The position numbers and the translations under genes are program-made. Below, piece by piece: positions 34,897 through 54,148 of a DNA stretch of 64,000 nt (position 1 is the stretch's first letter; every line of letters begins with the position of its first letter). This DNA comes from Setoptus koraiensis (lineage: Eukaryota; Animalia; Arthropoda). The notes beneath the pieces are model-generated. The model had not been told where the DNA came from. It did no database searches and worked only from the letters and a program-made list of their open reading frames with translations. The stretch covers positions 21,514,001-21,578,000 of the forward strand of contig CM106585.1 of assembly GCA_048013815.1 (NCBI GenBank). Direction: 5' to 3'.

Positions 34897-36991
34897 ACCT
34901 CTACCTATGTGATTGTTATTACGGTTACGAATAATAAGTATTTGGGAGCCAGTATTTAACGAGTGACTGTGGTGCTGTTATCACCAAATCACGACTTGCA
35001 TTGGTGACTTATTATTTAAACTCATAATCACACACTAGTTAGTGTTAGGTATCATCACATTGCTCGCTGCTATCGTTGCTGGGTTTGCGAAAAAACAAGC
35101 TTCAAATAATTGAGTCAACTTCGCTAGCTAAGTTTCTCTATGAAAAGTGAGTCCGTGTGTTGTTGAGTAATGCAAAGCGACTGAAAGAATCGTCAGACTC
35201 ACAAGTGTGCAAACAAAATGTTGCAAATTGAATGCTCAATAATACTAGTGACACACCTGTTGTTAGTGTTGCATTCTTTTCTATTGATCTAGGCAGTTTA
35301 ATATTATTAGAATAGTGTTTTGGGACGTGCTCCTTATAAGACAACTGTTGCTGTAAGTCGTTGTTGTTGTTGTTGTTGTTGTGGCGCTGTTGTCAATAAA
35401 ACTTTACTCACTTTATTCTTTCAAAATTGCACATACATACATATACACATTGCTGAGGGCGATGGTGTAACTAATGAATTACAATCAGCGTTGTAATACA
35501 GTATGGGATAAAAGCGAGTGATAAAAGAATAACAATTCGTGTAAAGAGAAAAAGTTTTTAGCTGCTGCCGCTGCTACTATTGACAGCACAATGCAAATCT
35601 CAAATACGGAATCCCAAATATCCGATACGACGAGATACGACGACGCAAAGTGCCTACTGGCAACGCTAGAAAATGTGCACCAAGACGAATCGTGTATTGG
35701 TTGGCCAATCGTTCACGATGTTTAAGAGCTTGCGATATAGCTGCTGGCTGATACTGGCACCAACAACCAGTACGACAGCAACAAACTCTTTTTTATTGGT
35801 GTTGCTCAGAGGATCGCAGCAAAATGGGACTGACGACATACGGTTAGTTAGCTGGAAATAAGCTCGCCATGTGCGAGCTAAATAGACAACCTGCTGCTTT
35901 TACATAACAAGCATTTTGTGGTTATAGTCGTGTTATTCAGCTTGTGGCGAAACCACTAAATCTTGTCTAATCTTGTTATTAATCAATTCTCGAATGCGAT
36001 GATCGAAGGAAATCCCATTCTCAGAGCTATTGCTTGCTCAGGCACGAGAATACCCTGTGAATGGCAGGCTGCGATGAAAAAGAACGAGACTGAAAAGAAT
36101 CACCATGAACGATATGAAATGCAATGCATTTGTTTCGTGATTAGCCGCTGTTAGTTGCATGAACCTATTAATAAAATAAATATACATTTGTTAGACTTTC
36201 AGTTTCAGTGTAAAAACAACAGCTCGCACACACCTCTTTCCCTTCCTTCGCCCTTGCCACTGATCGCCGAGATAGTTAGAGATAGTTAGGGATAGTTAGG
36301 GATAGAAATAGAGTCAGGCTGAGCTTATCGTTCACAAAACTACTTTTATAGCCATGATTCGACGCCTGTTTTCCTCTTTTATTGTGGCAATGTATGTGTG
36401 TTGTTGTTGTTGCTGCTGCTTCCGTCGTTGTTGTTGTTGTTACCGGTGGTGATCGTGAAGATGATTGAACACCCACTCAATATGATAAGAACACTTTCTT
36501 CGAGTTTCTCGACAAGACATCGAACACGACAGAGTTCACTAATAGCAGTGGCTGTTGTTTGTCTCTATCATTTTCTGCCTGATTTGTTTGTTTGTTTACT
36601 GTTTGGAGATCATTGATCTTGACAGCATCAGATGGAATAGGCAACATTCTTGCTGCATTTGATGGAGCAAGCACTGCTTGCCTCATCAAATGAATATCAG
36701 ATTTAAAATAGTAAACAAACACAGACAAGTTTCCAATAATGACCGCACGATGAGTGCAACTTGAAACTTGTTCAAGAAAAATATGCCTTTCTCGTTCTTA
36801 CCTCTTTCTCTCAAGGCGCTCACCAATGTCGGAAGGACATACTTCCGCTCCAAGGTGGCGCCATCTAATATCACTACATCATGTCAAAATTCCTTTGGGA
36901 AGTGGCCTCACCAGAATAAAGTTTACTTAAAAAACCGTTCAATACAAATCGGTGGCCATTGGCAGAGATGCACACCAACATGCAATTACAA

Positions 36992-39571
36992 TCATGAATT
37001 CAAATGGGACTTCAATACAAAATACAATGAAAGTCTGAATACAATCACCATCGCTAGTAAACTAATCAGTCCGACGGGCATCTCATAGTCGTGAATAGTG
37101 TATGTTGTCATCGGGAATGGTCGCAAATCGTCGCAATCCCTAATTTCACGGCCAAATGTCTGAGTTCGGCTCAGTCTGTCTGCAATGGTATCAAATAGAT
37201 CAACTTTTTTTGAATTCACTTTGTTCAGAGTTCCGTTGGAACCGGCACTCAATAAGCTCTTGCGCGTTTCTAATTCTTCATCGCCATTCTCCATAAAAAA
37301 CTTCATCAATCGTTTTACCTGGTCTGTAACTCCAATAATTGTGGCATGAGCTGCTGTCTTTTCTCCAGTTTGTTGTTTCATTTTTACAAATGGACACGAA
37401 CACTGATCATAGCCATATCTGGCCACCATCAACGAAGTTATAGAGTGCCTATAAGGACTTAGGTAGCTCATGAACCGGAAGAAGACATTCCAATGCTTGG
37501 CTCGTATAATATAACCCGAAAGGGGTAAAAAGGGCAGCGCGGTACCAAGGGCAAAACATTGTGCCACTTGCATGTGATTAATAAATATTGCCCCGCAAAG
37601 TAGACCTAATGAGTACATTACATGATTAACAAGCACCATTGTTAGACAACTTATGGTCAGGCGCCAGGCTACTTGCATGTAAAGTGAGATTAATTGTTCG
37701 GAATGATCGCTGTTGCCATTTTGCATGTGGTCTAAATTTATTTGACCTGTCAACGGATATAATATAAGAACACTGATAATCGGATAAATGGTCTCATAGG
37801 GAAATTCTGCAATTGTTTGAGCTACCAAATAAGTGCTCAATGGATATAGAGAATTCTGTGTTTCCTTTCTAATTAGATCAATTGACAATGGCATCAATGT
37901 TGATGTGTGTGTTAGGGTATTGATGGACAAGGCAAATATCATCATTGATAGTAGCATTAAATTCTCTATTGTTGCTCTAGCTTCCAATTGCAACGAATGA
38001 ATAGAATTGGTATGGTTTTCGTCATTTGTTATTTTTTCCAAGAATTGCATCAAATCAATCTCTTGCTGGTAATTGGGACAAGCGTTTGGAATTCCAACAG
38101 TGCCAAATACGTGCCACATAATTACTGGTACAACTATATGAAATACTAAACGTGATCGACAATAGGATTTATTGCGTATCAGACACAGGTAGTGACGTTT
38201 AGTCAAAAGACCCAGTTGATTACAACTCAATTTTCGCTCTGATCTTTGGCCACTCGCAGTGGTCGTTTTCAATAGGCATTCATCAATAAAAAGCTGGCCA
38301 ATTTGTTTGCTTTCTGTTTTGGTTCCTAGAAAACTTTTCTTCATCAGCGTTGCTGTCGCTTGATGATTCATTGAGCTAAATCGTTGCTTGAAATAATTAA
38401 CTAACTTGTTTATTGGCTTCGAGCCTGTTTCACCAGAACCTATCTCCACCAGAAATGAAGCCGGATTATAAGTTGGGTTGGGCATTTTCAAATTTGCAAT
38501 TTCGTTGAGTATGTCGCTAACATTTCTAGGTTGCTCATTATAAATAATTTGACCGCATTTAGACATGGCGACAACTCTGTCAAACAATGTAAACAATTCC
38601 ACTTGCGGTTGATGAACAATCATCACAATCGCCATAGGTGGCAGTTTTTCGTCACATTCGTTTTCTATCACCGCAAGTTTCTTTAGTAATTTTACTAATT
38701 TCAAACTGGACAAAGAATCTAGCCCAGTTGTTGGCTCATCTAAAACAAGTATATCCGGCCTGTGAACAATCTCTCTGGCAACAGAAAGTCGCTTCTGTTC
38801 ACCGCCGGATATTGTTCGTATAGGCACATCTAGGCACTTAGTTAATTGTAAAGAATCGGCTAATTGGTGGACCTTTTCATCGATTTCTGCATCAGTTTTG
38901 TGCAAATTGGGCATGCGACACAGTCTGAGTCGCACAACAAATGTCAAATCCTCTCTAACTGTCAGACATTGTATCAAGTTGTCATTTTGATTGATTATGC
39001 TCACTTGGAGTTTTTTCTTTCTTTCCCCAAATAATGTGCTGTTGCTTTTATTTGATCGAGATGAATGATGATCATTGTTTGAAATACATGATAGAGACCC
39101 TGATGCTGATCTTCGAACATTTTCGCTGCTGTCTATTATTGAATCACCTGTTTTGTCATCAGCTACGAATATACATCCATTCAGATTATTTTTCTCTAAA
39201 GAGTTTAACTGAAACAAAGCTCTTATTAGCGTTGTTTTCCCACAGCCACTTGGGCCCAATATGGCGGTCAGCTTTCCCGATTCTATTTCTCCGAAAGACT
39301 CATTCAATATCAAATGCCGCTGCCCATCCAAATCACGTGCACGTGACGAGCCAGATATCCAGCTGGGATAGCGGACTTTTTTTTGAGTGATATAATTCAA
39401 ATTGTTCCATTTGATTGAGAAACTTTCATCTGGTATCGAGTAAGTTGTTGATGCTTCTTGTTTGTTTTCGACAGCATACTGACACAAAAATGATTCTGGC
39501 GTTAAATCGAAGCACTTGTCTACGGCGAATTTGGTTAGTTTGATTTGTTGAGCTGGTTGGTTGATATGCAT
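36992..39571 (-). CDS. ABCG-family half transporter, single exon
   Basis: Walker A GPSGCGKTT, signature ISGGEQKR, Walker B ILVLDEPTTGLD, NPASF, C-terminal TM domain. Confidence 0.95.
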   Translation of the reverse strand: MHINQPAQQIKLTKFAVDKCFDLTPESFLCQYAVENKQEASTTYSIPDESFSIKWNNLNYITQKKVRYPSWISGSSRARDLDGQRHLILNESFGEIESGKLTAILGPSGCGKTTLIRALFQLNSLEKNNLNGCIFVADDKTGDSIIDSSENVRRSASGSLSCISNNDHHSSRSNKSNSTLFGERKKKLQVSIINQNDNLIQCLTVREDLTFVVRLRLCRMPNLHKTDAEIDEKVHQLADSLQLTKCLDVPIRTISGGEQKRLSVAREIVHRPDILVLDEPTTGLDSLSSLKLVKLLKKLAVIENECDEKLPPMAIVMIVHQPQVELFTLFDRVVAMSKCGQIIYNEQPRNVSDILNEIANLKMPNPTYNPASFLVEIGSGETGSKPINKLVNYFKQRFSSMNHQATATLMKKSFLGTKTESKQIGQLFIDECLLKTTTASGQRSERKLSCNQLGLLTKRHYLCLIRNKSYCRSRLVFHIVVPVIMWHVFGTVGIPNACPNYQQEIDLMQFLEKITNDENHTNSIHSLQLEARATIENLMLLSMMIFALSINTLTHTSTLMPLSIDLIRKETQNSLYPLSTYLVAQTIAEFPYETIYPIISVLILYPLTGQINLDHMQNGNSDHSEQLISLYMQVAWRLTISCLTMVLVNHVMYSLGLLCGAIFINHMQVAQCFALGTALPFLPLSGYIIRAKHWNVFFRFMSYLSPYRHSITSLMVARYGYDQCSCPFVKMKQQTGEKTAAHATIIGVTDQVKRLMKFFMENGDEELETRKSLLSAGSNGTLNKVNSKKVDLFDTIADRLSRTQTFGREIRDCDDLRPFPMTTYTIHDYEMPVGLISLLAMVIVFRLSLYFVLKSHLNS

Positions 39572-42500
39572 ATTTTGACAGGAGTGATTGCTTGCATAAG
39601 TGTATGATGAAATTGAGTTGACTCAAGGCTCTTAGCGACTGAGTTATCTCCAAAGAGACTGTCATTTTCAGTAACTGTCATTGAAAGTCAGGCAGCAACG
39701 TGTGATAGCAACTTGCTGCCGCACGATGCGGAAATCTCCGACCTTCCACATGAGCGGTTACTACCTCTCAGTCGTCACTAAAATAGTCATTATCCAAGGT
39801 AGTGTGGAGGTTTTCCAGCAACCGTCTATACACGTGATCACGTTTAGACACGATTACTAGATTGAGCAAAAAACAACTAATAGATTGTATCTATCAGTCG
39901 GTAGTTGAACACTAGCGTGTAAGACAAATTGTGAGCAAATGTAACAATTATCGACTTGTTTTTGTTTTGAAACATTCCATAGAATCCTCATGACGTCGAA
40001 GGTAGAGCATGCACGCCAGCATGCAAGTTGATTCATTAAGGCGCTAATTAAATCACGATAATAATTGCGGATCTATGCGAGTCAAAATTTTACGCTGTTA
40101 TCTGGAAGGTCGTTTTTATGCTAGTATCTTACAATCTGTATAATCGTGTTTGAGCGCACCCGCTCGCTGATAATATACTGTCTTGCAGGCCTTGATCTAA
40201 GATGCCACATGTATCGAGTAGCGAGCTATCTCGAAAGGCTCATCTCGGAAGGCGGCCTTCATTACGTCACAGCATGACAGCTATTGACAAAGATTTGCTC
40301 AAATGAAGGGATAATGAAAATTGAGAGTTAAAGCTGGCAAATGCGATTGCCTATTCAGCGAAAATACTACTACTCATGCTTGATAACTCAGCAATCGTAA
40401 AAATTTTATCTTGAGCAGTATAAAAGGCCAGCCTTTCGCCGGAACAAAAAAAAATTACATCGCAGGGTGAACCAGAAGCTTCAATCGCTAATTTGACTCA
40501 TGTCATTTTGAAGTATTTCGATTGAGTTACGTGACTAGCTAAGTAATTGTAAGTAATTTATGATTAGCATGTTTTCTTGGATTCCACTCCAGTGTGAGAA
40601 ACAATGCAAAATCCGCCGCGCACCACATAACGTTTTCGTACAATGAATCGCTTCTTTTTCGATGCAAATTAAATGATGTCTATTTTGTTTTGCTCAAGCG
40701 AATTACACTCAAATAATGTTATGCAACTTGGCAGGACGACTGAACGTGTTTAACTGGTTCCCCATGGAATAATCGCTGCGAAAGTGTACATTTTTATGTA
40801 TGTTCAGTCGTTAAATTTTTCAATTTTGTAAACAATACACAATGTAATGTGTCGGAGCAAAGGCAAGTCAGCAAGAAGTATCTAGAGTGTGCACAGTGGC
40901 CTCATTGTTCATTGTTAGTTATTTTGGTTTTTCGTGAGATTTGCAAGAATAAGACAAAAATAACTTTCGAGCGGCGACAGATGGCATAGATGTGCATAGA
41001 GTATGTGCTGTATTGAGGACCGTTAGCGTCAGGCCGCGTTGAATACGGCAAACTGATATTGTTGGTATATTGTCCGGGCCCTGAAACTGTCAGTTTTCCT
41101 TATCAAGTTATTGCAAACTATCTTCTGGTGAAATTTTGCCATTGCGGCACTCACAAGTTATCTCTAGAGGGGGGAGGTGTAAGGGAGAACGTCAAATAGC
41201 AGGGAAATAGTTGGCGGAATTTGTTACGATACATGACACTTGTCATATTATCACTCTTGTGGAGCATCGATATCATCATACAGTGGTGACATGAGCCACT
41301 TTTTGGCTCATTAGTTTGCGCTGTTTGTCCACGGCCAGCGATTCACATGCACGTCGTTGGTCAACTAACAGACTTTTTTACTTAGCTGCTTGCCACTGCC
41401 ATTACCATTAAACACGAGCAGAGATTTTGCTCACACACATTTTTTTGGGGCACCATTGGGGCCCCCGAATGTGTGAGCACGCATGCGTTGTGGCCAAGTG
41501 ACACCTAACGAATTTCGTATTCAACACTACTGGTGATCGAATAAATTACGTAACGCGTGACCATAATGCGCACTTGTCAAACACCAAACAAGCATATATA
41601 CTCATAAATACCACAGCATCGGCTAACCCGAGCCTTGGGTCAGTAGCTTACTAAACAGTTTAGTTAGTGTGTAGTGATATCAGGTTACGGCCAGCCAATT
41701 AACATACGCAATGCGCTTGCCTTGACAATTAACATGAAACAAACGACAAAAACGATGAAGCAGTAGGCAGAAAATGAGCGATTGTCATGAGGAAACGATC
41801 GATAAGCAACCAGAAATAAGTATAAGCGATTCGTCGTCGTGTTAACAAATGGCTGTTAACAAACAATTCATCGCAACGATGCTTTCGTCGTTTTACCATT
41901 AGTCAAATTACGACAGGCACACCAGAAAAAATAACAACACCATTGTTACTGAGACTCAATATCTCGATATATTAACTCTACCCAATTCTCAGAAAGAATA
42001 ACAATAGTATTGTTTGAGTTGGATGAAGTTAATATATCGAGTTATCGAGTCTCGAAATTGGCCAAAGTGACCCCACAAGTTACTTTTAGCTTTAGATTCG
42101 TCGCGCAAGTCATCAGTCAAAATGACCGAAATGATCACAATGTTAGACTTTTTTTAAGTATGCTCGGGCAGCATTTGCTCTAGCTGACAAACAACACTCA
42201 TCGGACGATGGATACCAGCTAATACACGGCCAGTTATATTATTGGTGTGAGTGAGAGGGTGGGTGCAGGCGCCTCAAAATGATGCCGATATGGAGTGGCT
42301 AAATATTTGACAGAAATATATATTAAATATATGCTCAATAATATATATGCGTCATATAATCAATTAGGTGAAATCAATCAAAATCGCAAATATTGGTAAG
42401 TAATCAACAATCTAATTAAGCAAGCGTTGTTTGTGATAATTGCATGTCACATATACACACCAACTAGCGCAATAACAATCGTTCAGTTGTATTGGCTGAT

Positions 42501-43644
42501 CATGAAATAGGCCCCAGTAATTGTTCGAACAAGCTCTATTGAATGTGCATCTCAATCAGATATGTAGAAAGAAAATCGGAGCAACAAACTCATTATCAGT
42601 TCAATTCGAATAACATTGAACATCGCGTCAATTATTGTGCAAATAGTCAACATTCAATTATAGTGAAGTTAGTTATGACATCCATTGAACGACCCAAATA
42701 GTTTTGCTTAACTTTCATTCAAACCGATAACATATAATAATGGCCTCATATAAGTTTCCGCCAACTATTCGATGCACCCGCTCCCCTCTACTTTCGATCA
42801 GTCAGTTGGGGCCCATCAGCGATTGAGAAACGCATGATATGGTGCATTTATGAGTCTCTTTGTTGTTTGTTTGTTCTAAGTATATCACACCACGGATAGC
42901 GACTTGAGCGTCCAAATGGAATGCCAATTTCAATGGCAAACTAAAAACCAGGGGCAAGCAAAACGTATTAGTCAGCATTTCCGAGAATCGGACTTGACAC
43001 GCTTTCGTCGTATTAAAGCGGCCTTTGCTTTACCATAGGTATTCTGATTAAATGATGGGTCAAACATGACGCCATGCTAACTAGCATTATTTATATAAGC
43101 CTGTCGACTGTTATTTATCCATTGCATCATGTATTGGCACTTGCACCAGCACACACCTACGCTAATCTCTGTATGCATACTTATCTATGTATTTATATTT
43201 TCTTATTCTTTAGAGGACACCAGACTGGATCAAATTATCTGGGATTATATTGGCAAAGTTCTATGGCAATATTCAGGCAAGCACCTGAAAACAAGACAAG
43301 TGCAATGCTGGCCAGGTATTAGAATGGTCAGATAGTTGTAGTATTCAAGCGTTGTTTGAGTGGCTTGAATGTGTTTTAAATATATTCAATATTTTGTACG
43401 TGTGACATCATTAAATGAACTTATGAACAATAATGACCAATAACGACTATCAATAGAGAGTGATTACAACATAGAAGCTACTCAACGAAATTAAATTGTG
43501 ATTCTAGCTAAATTGTTACCATAATAGAAGATATATAGTTTATTAAGTAGAGCAAAGGAAAGAAGATTATTGTTATAGTTGTAGCAACAAATTGAATTAG
43601 TTAGATATGTCAGTGATAAACAGCAATAGGCGACCACACTCAAT

Positions 43645-49431
<5,787 letters not shown>

Positions 49432-50258
49432 GAGGCCTCGTTCAAATCATAGCAGCTACTCATGTGTCTATGTGTGTGTGTGTGTGTTATAAATAAATGC
49501 ACGTTGCGGGTGCGTGCAGATAGAAGCTTGTCAGTTTTTAAATATAACAACTGAAAAAAAAAAGATTTTTCTCTCTGATAACTGTGTTGTATGTTCTCGT
49601 CAGAACAACTTTCCATTATTGAACCCGATAGCTATCGGACCAAGGGAGTTTTAACGCTCTCCGTTTACATTTGTCCCGTACAACTTCAATTTCCTGTCGC
49701 GCCCTTTCATTCGGTCTAATCAGTCATAGTGCCACTATAGTTTAATTACGCGTGGATGAACATGATTATCCCATGGATAAGTGTTGTTGGCGATGTTCAG
49801 CAGCAAATTAATTAAGACTTGCCTAATCTCATTGAGCGATAGCTTCACAACACTGATAGCCAGTTAGTTTTTCGGAGAGTAAGGATCTCGTAACTCTCAA
49901 GTTCAGGTCTATGATGATAACTGGCAATACACCCCTCATTTCCAACGGCCACCACTACACATATAGGATTGTCACAAAATGGTGACTCCTATAATTAGAC
50001 AACTATTGATATCTCGATGACACTAGCGCCATGGCTTTAAAGCTGTAATTTTTATAACTGTTCGAATTGCGCGCTGAATTTGTTTCCATTTTTTTTTATT
50101 ATGCTTGTTGCTCTCTTCAAAAACCCGACCATTACATGGTACAGACTGTCTATGATCATTTTACCCTCACTGAGAAAGACGCCTCCATTCTCGGAACTAT
50201 TTATAATTTTATCAGATTTAAAATATAGCAACAGAGGACACAAACGACTGATCTAAAC

Positions 50259-50570
50259 ATGGGCTACACCATACCTCACGTTTGTGGAGTTAAGCGGTCT
50301 ATTTACTGTACCCTGTTAAGTGTTTGGGCCATCGTGATGTTTGCTGTCATGGGAGGACTATTAACGATTAGAAGTTTGGCTTTCATTGAAGATCTCGAAG
50401 TGGATGAATTTGACTCAAATCATCAGACATTAGACAACTTCTATGTAGAGCAGGATCTCCGTTACGATACCGCAGCCAACAATTGTTGGACTGCACTTGC
50501 CATGTATGCCGCCACATTTGTTGTTTCATCGTATCACTGGATTGTCTACAAAAGACAAGGATTGATATGA
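50259..50570 (+). CDS. RNASEK: Ribonuclease kappa / V-ATPase subunit f
   Basis: CGVKRSIYCTLLSVW, SLAFIEDL and NCWTALAMY; two TM segments. Confidence 0.85.
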   Translation: MGYTIPHVCGVKRSIYCTLLSVWAIVMFAVMGGLLTIRSLAFIEDLEVDEFDSNHQTLDNFYVEQDLRYDTAANNCWTALAMYAATFVVSSYHWIVYKRQGLI

Positions 50571-50643
50571 ACAATTAATATTGTCACTTTTTATTTACAT
50601 ATAGTCAAGATAGAGATGTTATATTGAGATACTAAAAAAAACT

Positions 50644-52278
50644 TTATTCAAGATCTTCTCCGATAACATCACACTCTTCTCTGCTAGGGTATTTAGACAA
50701 CATCTTCTTAACTCTTTCATAGATATTCGCTGCCGATGATCTCGCCTCTGGGTCATTGTCCCAGCTTTCTTCAATCGATTTACAAAACAGCTCTGTTTCT
50801 GGACTGTAACGCCATTCCTCTTTTAAAATCGGCCTTTTATGCTCTAAACATACGATCTTGTGCATTGTTTCAGTCGTTGGCATTGGTCCGGCCTCTTTCT
50901 CGAATGGCAACATATATGGCCCAGTTGGTCGTATCGAATCACTAATGACACAACGAGATATAAGCTCCCACAAAACCAAACTTAAGGCATACATGTCTAT
51001 CTTAATAAATGCATCTGCTGTGAATCCTATAGATCCGCCCAATATCTCAGGAGCCATATACCTTCTAGTGCCTATCTGGCCATGCTTTGTGCTCACAGGT
51101 TGGTCAGGATAGAAAATGTAGGCTAGTCCAAAGTCGGCTATACAAGGTGTCAGATCGGGTTTCAGTAGGACATTCTTCGATTTAAAGTCCCTATGAGCCA
51201 CGGCTGGTTTCCTAGCTTGATCATTGGTTGCAATAATATCTTCATGTAAATGCTGCATTCCACAAGCGATTCCTTGAGCAATAAATAACAGTTCTTTCCA
51301 AGTGATGGTGTTGCTTTTCAGATAATCATGAAGAGATCCTAGTTCCATATATTCAGTTATAAGCCAAAGGCTAAAGTTGAGCCCGTCATTGTCTATCTTC
51401 CTCTCAGAACAATAGAATTTAAGTATGTTGTTATGTTTCATCTGAGGTAAACAATAAACTTGTTGTTCATTTTGGAGGGATTGAAATTCCTGTGGGGAGC
51501 TTATTTTTACTGCGACTTCTATTTGTTCATTGGTGGCTATTAGGTGGGCGAGACCTCTATGTACATTTCCATACCTACCCGAGGCTAATTGGCATATAAG
51601 CTCTACTTTGTTAAGATCGATGATGCCATTTTTATCATTACTGGCATTGGAGTTAAGAGGTAGTCGTAAAGCATCATCCTGATTAGGCATTTCATATTGG
51701 CTTCCATTAAAATTTCTAATTCTTTGGCGTCGAAAGTAGAAGCAAATAGATAGGAACAATGTCAACACCAGTAAGGATGTCAAACTACCGCTAACAATCC
51801 ATACTAAGTGTTGTTCTATATTTGTTGTATTGGTGGTGGGTGAAGATACGAGGGGTTCGTATCTGAAATTTGAATTGCAAAAATGTCCGTAACAACAACA
51901 AAATTTCAAATTTTTTTGGTCTTTTTCTTGTCTGTTAGGACGAGTATCAACGCATTGTTCACTGCAGGTTGTTGATTCGGCCCAACAACCTTTATACGTT
52001 ACTCTCACATTATAGCTGGTATTTGATATCGTATCGTTATGCCAGACGACGTAGCAAGTTGGGACAGTGGCTGGTTTAGTACTGGTTACATTGCACCACT
52101 CTGTTCGTTCCTCACATCTGGGTTTAGGATTCCCACTTCTCTTATCTTGTTCACATTCGGTGTTATTATATTGTTGACAATGAAAATTGGGTTCAGATAA
52201 CGTTGAATGACAAATCACAAAAATTGTCAGGCTACAAATCGTGGCAGAAATAAACCTATTTGGTCCCATCGTGTTCAT
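50644..52278 (-). CDS. ACVR2: Activin/BMP type II receptor Ser/Thr kinase (punt/ACVR2-like), single exon
   Basis: Cys-rich ectodomain ending CCCYGHFCN, TM, GRYGNV, AHRDFKSKNVL, IADFGLA, GTRRYMAPE, WDNDPEAR. Confidence 0.93.
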   Translation of the reverse strand: MNTMGPNRFISATICSLTIFVICHSTLSEPNFHCQQYNNTECEQDKRSGNPKPRCEERTEWCNVTSTKPATVPTCYVVWHNDTISNTSYNVRVTYKGCWAESTTCSEQCVDTRPNRQEKDQKNLKFCCCYGHFCNSNFRYEPLVSSPTTNTTNIEQHLVWIVSGSLTSLLVLTLFLSICFYFRRQRIRNFNGSQYEMPNQDDALRLPLNSNASNDKNGIIDLNKVELICQLASGRYGNVHRGLAHLIATNEQIEVAVKISSPQEFQSLQNEQQVYCLPQMKHNNILKFYCSERKIDNDGLNFSLWLITEYMELGSLHDYLKSNTITWKELLFIAQGIACGMQHLHEDIIATNDQARKPAVAHRDFKSKNVLLKPDLTPCIADFGLAYIFYPDQPVSTKHGQIGTRRYMAPEILGGSIGFTADAFIKIDMYALSLVLWELISRCVISDSIRPTGPYMLPFEKEAGPMPTTETMHKIVCLEHKRPILKEEWRYSPETELFCKSIEESWDNDPEARSSAANIYERVKKMLSKYPSREECDVIGEDLE

Positions 52279-52549
52279 CTATGTGTGTAAATGAAGTGTA
52301 CTGAATTAAAAAAAATCACTTAATGAAAATCCTACAAGCGCTGCCGCCGCTGCTGGACAATAAACGATACAGACTCATGAAAATTTGATTGTTCAAATTG
52401 CGCGCTCTATCATGCCGGTTGTTTTTTCTTTACCATTCAACCAGTCAGCATGATTTTTTATTAATCTCGATCAACAAAAAAAGTGCGGCCACTCTTAACA
52501 TCTTTATACTCTTAATTGATGATTAGGCTGGTACGATGCTGATAACAAT

Positions 52550-54148
52550 TCAGTTCCAGTCATTCTCATCTGACTCGTCGTTTTCGGTTGTACTTATACC
52601 GTCACGTCTCATCTTAAGCTTGTTCATCAAGTCGAACATGAGGTCCCCACCTACTTTCAGATCTTCTCTCTGCTTTTCCTTCTTTGCCTCAATCTTTTTC
52701 TCCATGGAAGTTAACGCTTGTTTTTTTGGCTTTCCCGCCGCGGCCCTGATAGACTCCAACAAACTGGCTCGGCCCCCATCAGCACTACTGATAACCTTGG
52801 CAACGGGCTTACTAGTGTTACTTGAGCTTTGCATTAACGTCTGCTCTGTCGAAGAAATCGGATCTTTGACCGATTTAGATGTCGAGTCTGGGTCAGTGAC
52901 TAGTGGATTGCTGAGGATATCTGGATTGCTTGTCGGAGAAATAACCTTGGGCAAGCTCGGTAGCAGCAATTGCATCGGCGGCGGCGGCGGTGGTGGTGGT
53001 GGTGGTGGTGGTGGTGGTGGGGGTGGAGGAGAGATTTGGGACGGTCCGGGTCGTGGCTGTGTCGTTCTAGGGGACGGCTCTATTCTAGGAATGAAGTTAC
53101 TAATGGATACTGGATCAGGCTCTGTAGTAACCATTGTAGAATTTGTCACAGAATCGTAACTGGTGATGTGATCTATAGAAGTTGACGCACCTAAGAACAT
53201 AGGTGATTTCGAACTTGCAGGTATTCGTGACGGTTCGAGAAGTTGATCATCATCAAGAGATATATCTTGAACTATGCCAGTCAAAGACGGCAGTACGTCG
53301 GGCATATCGTCAATTTTAGGGCCATCGTCGTTCAAGATGTATTGCGATGGTAAGCCATAAGAACTTAAAGCAGACTCATAGTTAATGATTGAATCAGGTG
53401 CGGAGCCCATCATATAAACATTGTCATCCTGGCCATTGATTGTGTCTTGAGCGATAGAGAGATTAGTTTTCTTCGACCTCACTGATCTAGCCGTGTCATA
53501 TATCGATGATGATCCGTTGTTGATCACAGGATTAAAACCTCTATTGATTAGAATGTTCTCATAAGTATGGAAAACAAGCAAAGAGCTTACGCTCTTGATC
53601 TTACTCCGCACATCCTCGATGATGTTGGCCTGTTTCTTCGTTGCGGGCCTATCATATAAGCTATCCTCTATTGGAGTCAGGTTGGGATCCTCTTCCTCAG
53701 AATTCCAAAAGTTGATATATGATGGTTGAATATGCTCCAGTTTACAGTTTATTTGTTCATCATCAAATGGCACATGCTTTGAACGGATTTGATAGGGTGC
53801 CTTTGTGTAGTGCCTGTTAACACTACTTTGGCGAGACGTAATAACATCGTTCTTGAAGAGAGGCTTGTTCAGAGATGAACCATCATCAAGTGGAAATTTT
53901 GATGGACAAAATATCTTGATTGCCTTGGTTCTATCTCGACTCAATGAGTCCACTCTTAATCTAGCCCGTTGAATCTGATCCTTTATACTATCAAGGTGGT
54001 TATTAATATCTCTAGTCCTTTGGTCGATCGAGTCGAACAAATTGTCGCTGTTTCTACAGATCAACTCAAGCTTATCACAGACTTGCATAATCAATTCTTC
54101 TTGGCGTAAACTCTCCGGTATGAGTGAAATAGGTTGTATAGTATTCAT
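52550..54148 (-). CDS. WASHC1: WASH complex subunit 1
   Basis: N-terminal ESLRQEELIMQV domain, polyproline run, GGRASLLESIRAAAG WH2, GGDLMFDLMNKLKMRRDGIS, acidic tail ending DDWN. Confidence 0.92.
   Translation of the reverse strand: MNTIQPISLIPESLRQEELIMQVCDKLELICRNSDNLFDSIDQRTRDINNHLDSIKDQIQRARLRVDSLSRDRTKAIKIFCPSKFPLDDGSSLNKPLFKNDVITSRQSSVNRHYTKAPYQIRSKHVPFDDEQINCKLEHIQPSYINFWNSEEEDPNLTPIEDSLYDRPATKKQANIIEDVRSKIKSVSSLLVFHTYENILINRGFNPVINNGSSSIYDTARSVRSKKTNLSIAQDTINGQDDNVYMMGSAPDSIINYESALSSYGLPSQYILNDDGPKIDDMPDVLPSLTGIVQDISLDDDQLLEPSRIPASSKSPMFLGASTSIDHITSYDSVTNSTMVTTEPDPVSISNFIPRIEPSPRTTQPRPGPSQISPPPPPPPPPPPPPPPPPPMQLLLPSLPKVISPTSNPDILSNPLVTDPDSTSKSVKDPISSTEQTLMQSSSNTSKPVAKVISSADGGRASLLESIRAAAGKPKKQALTSMEKKIEAKKEKQREDLKVGGDLMFDLMNKLKMRRDGISTTENDESDENDWN

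Noticed and set aside
41429-41479. Short TGCTCACACA...TGTGTGAGCA hairpin
   Set aside because: Short, single, built on an AC repeat, and no TSD seen.
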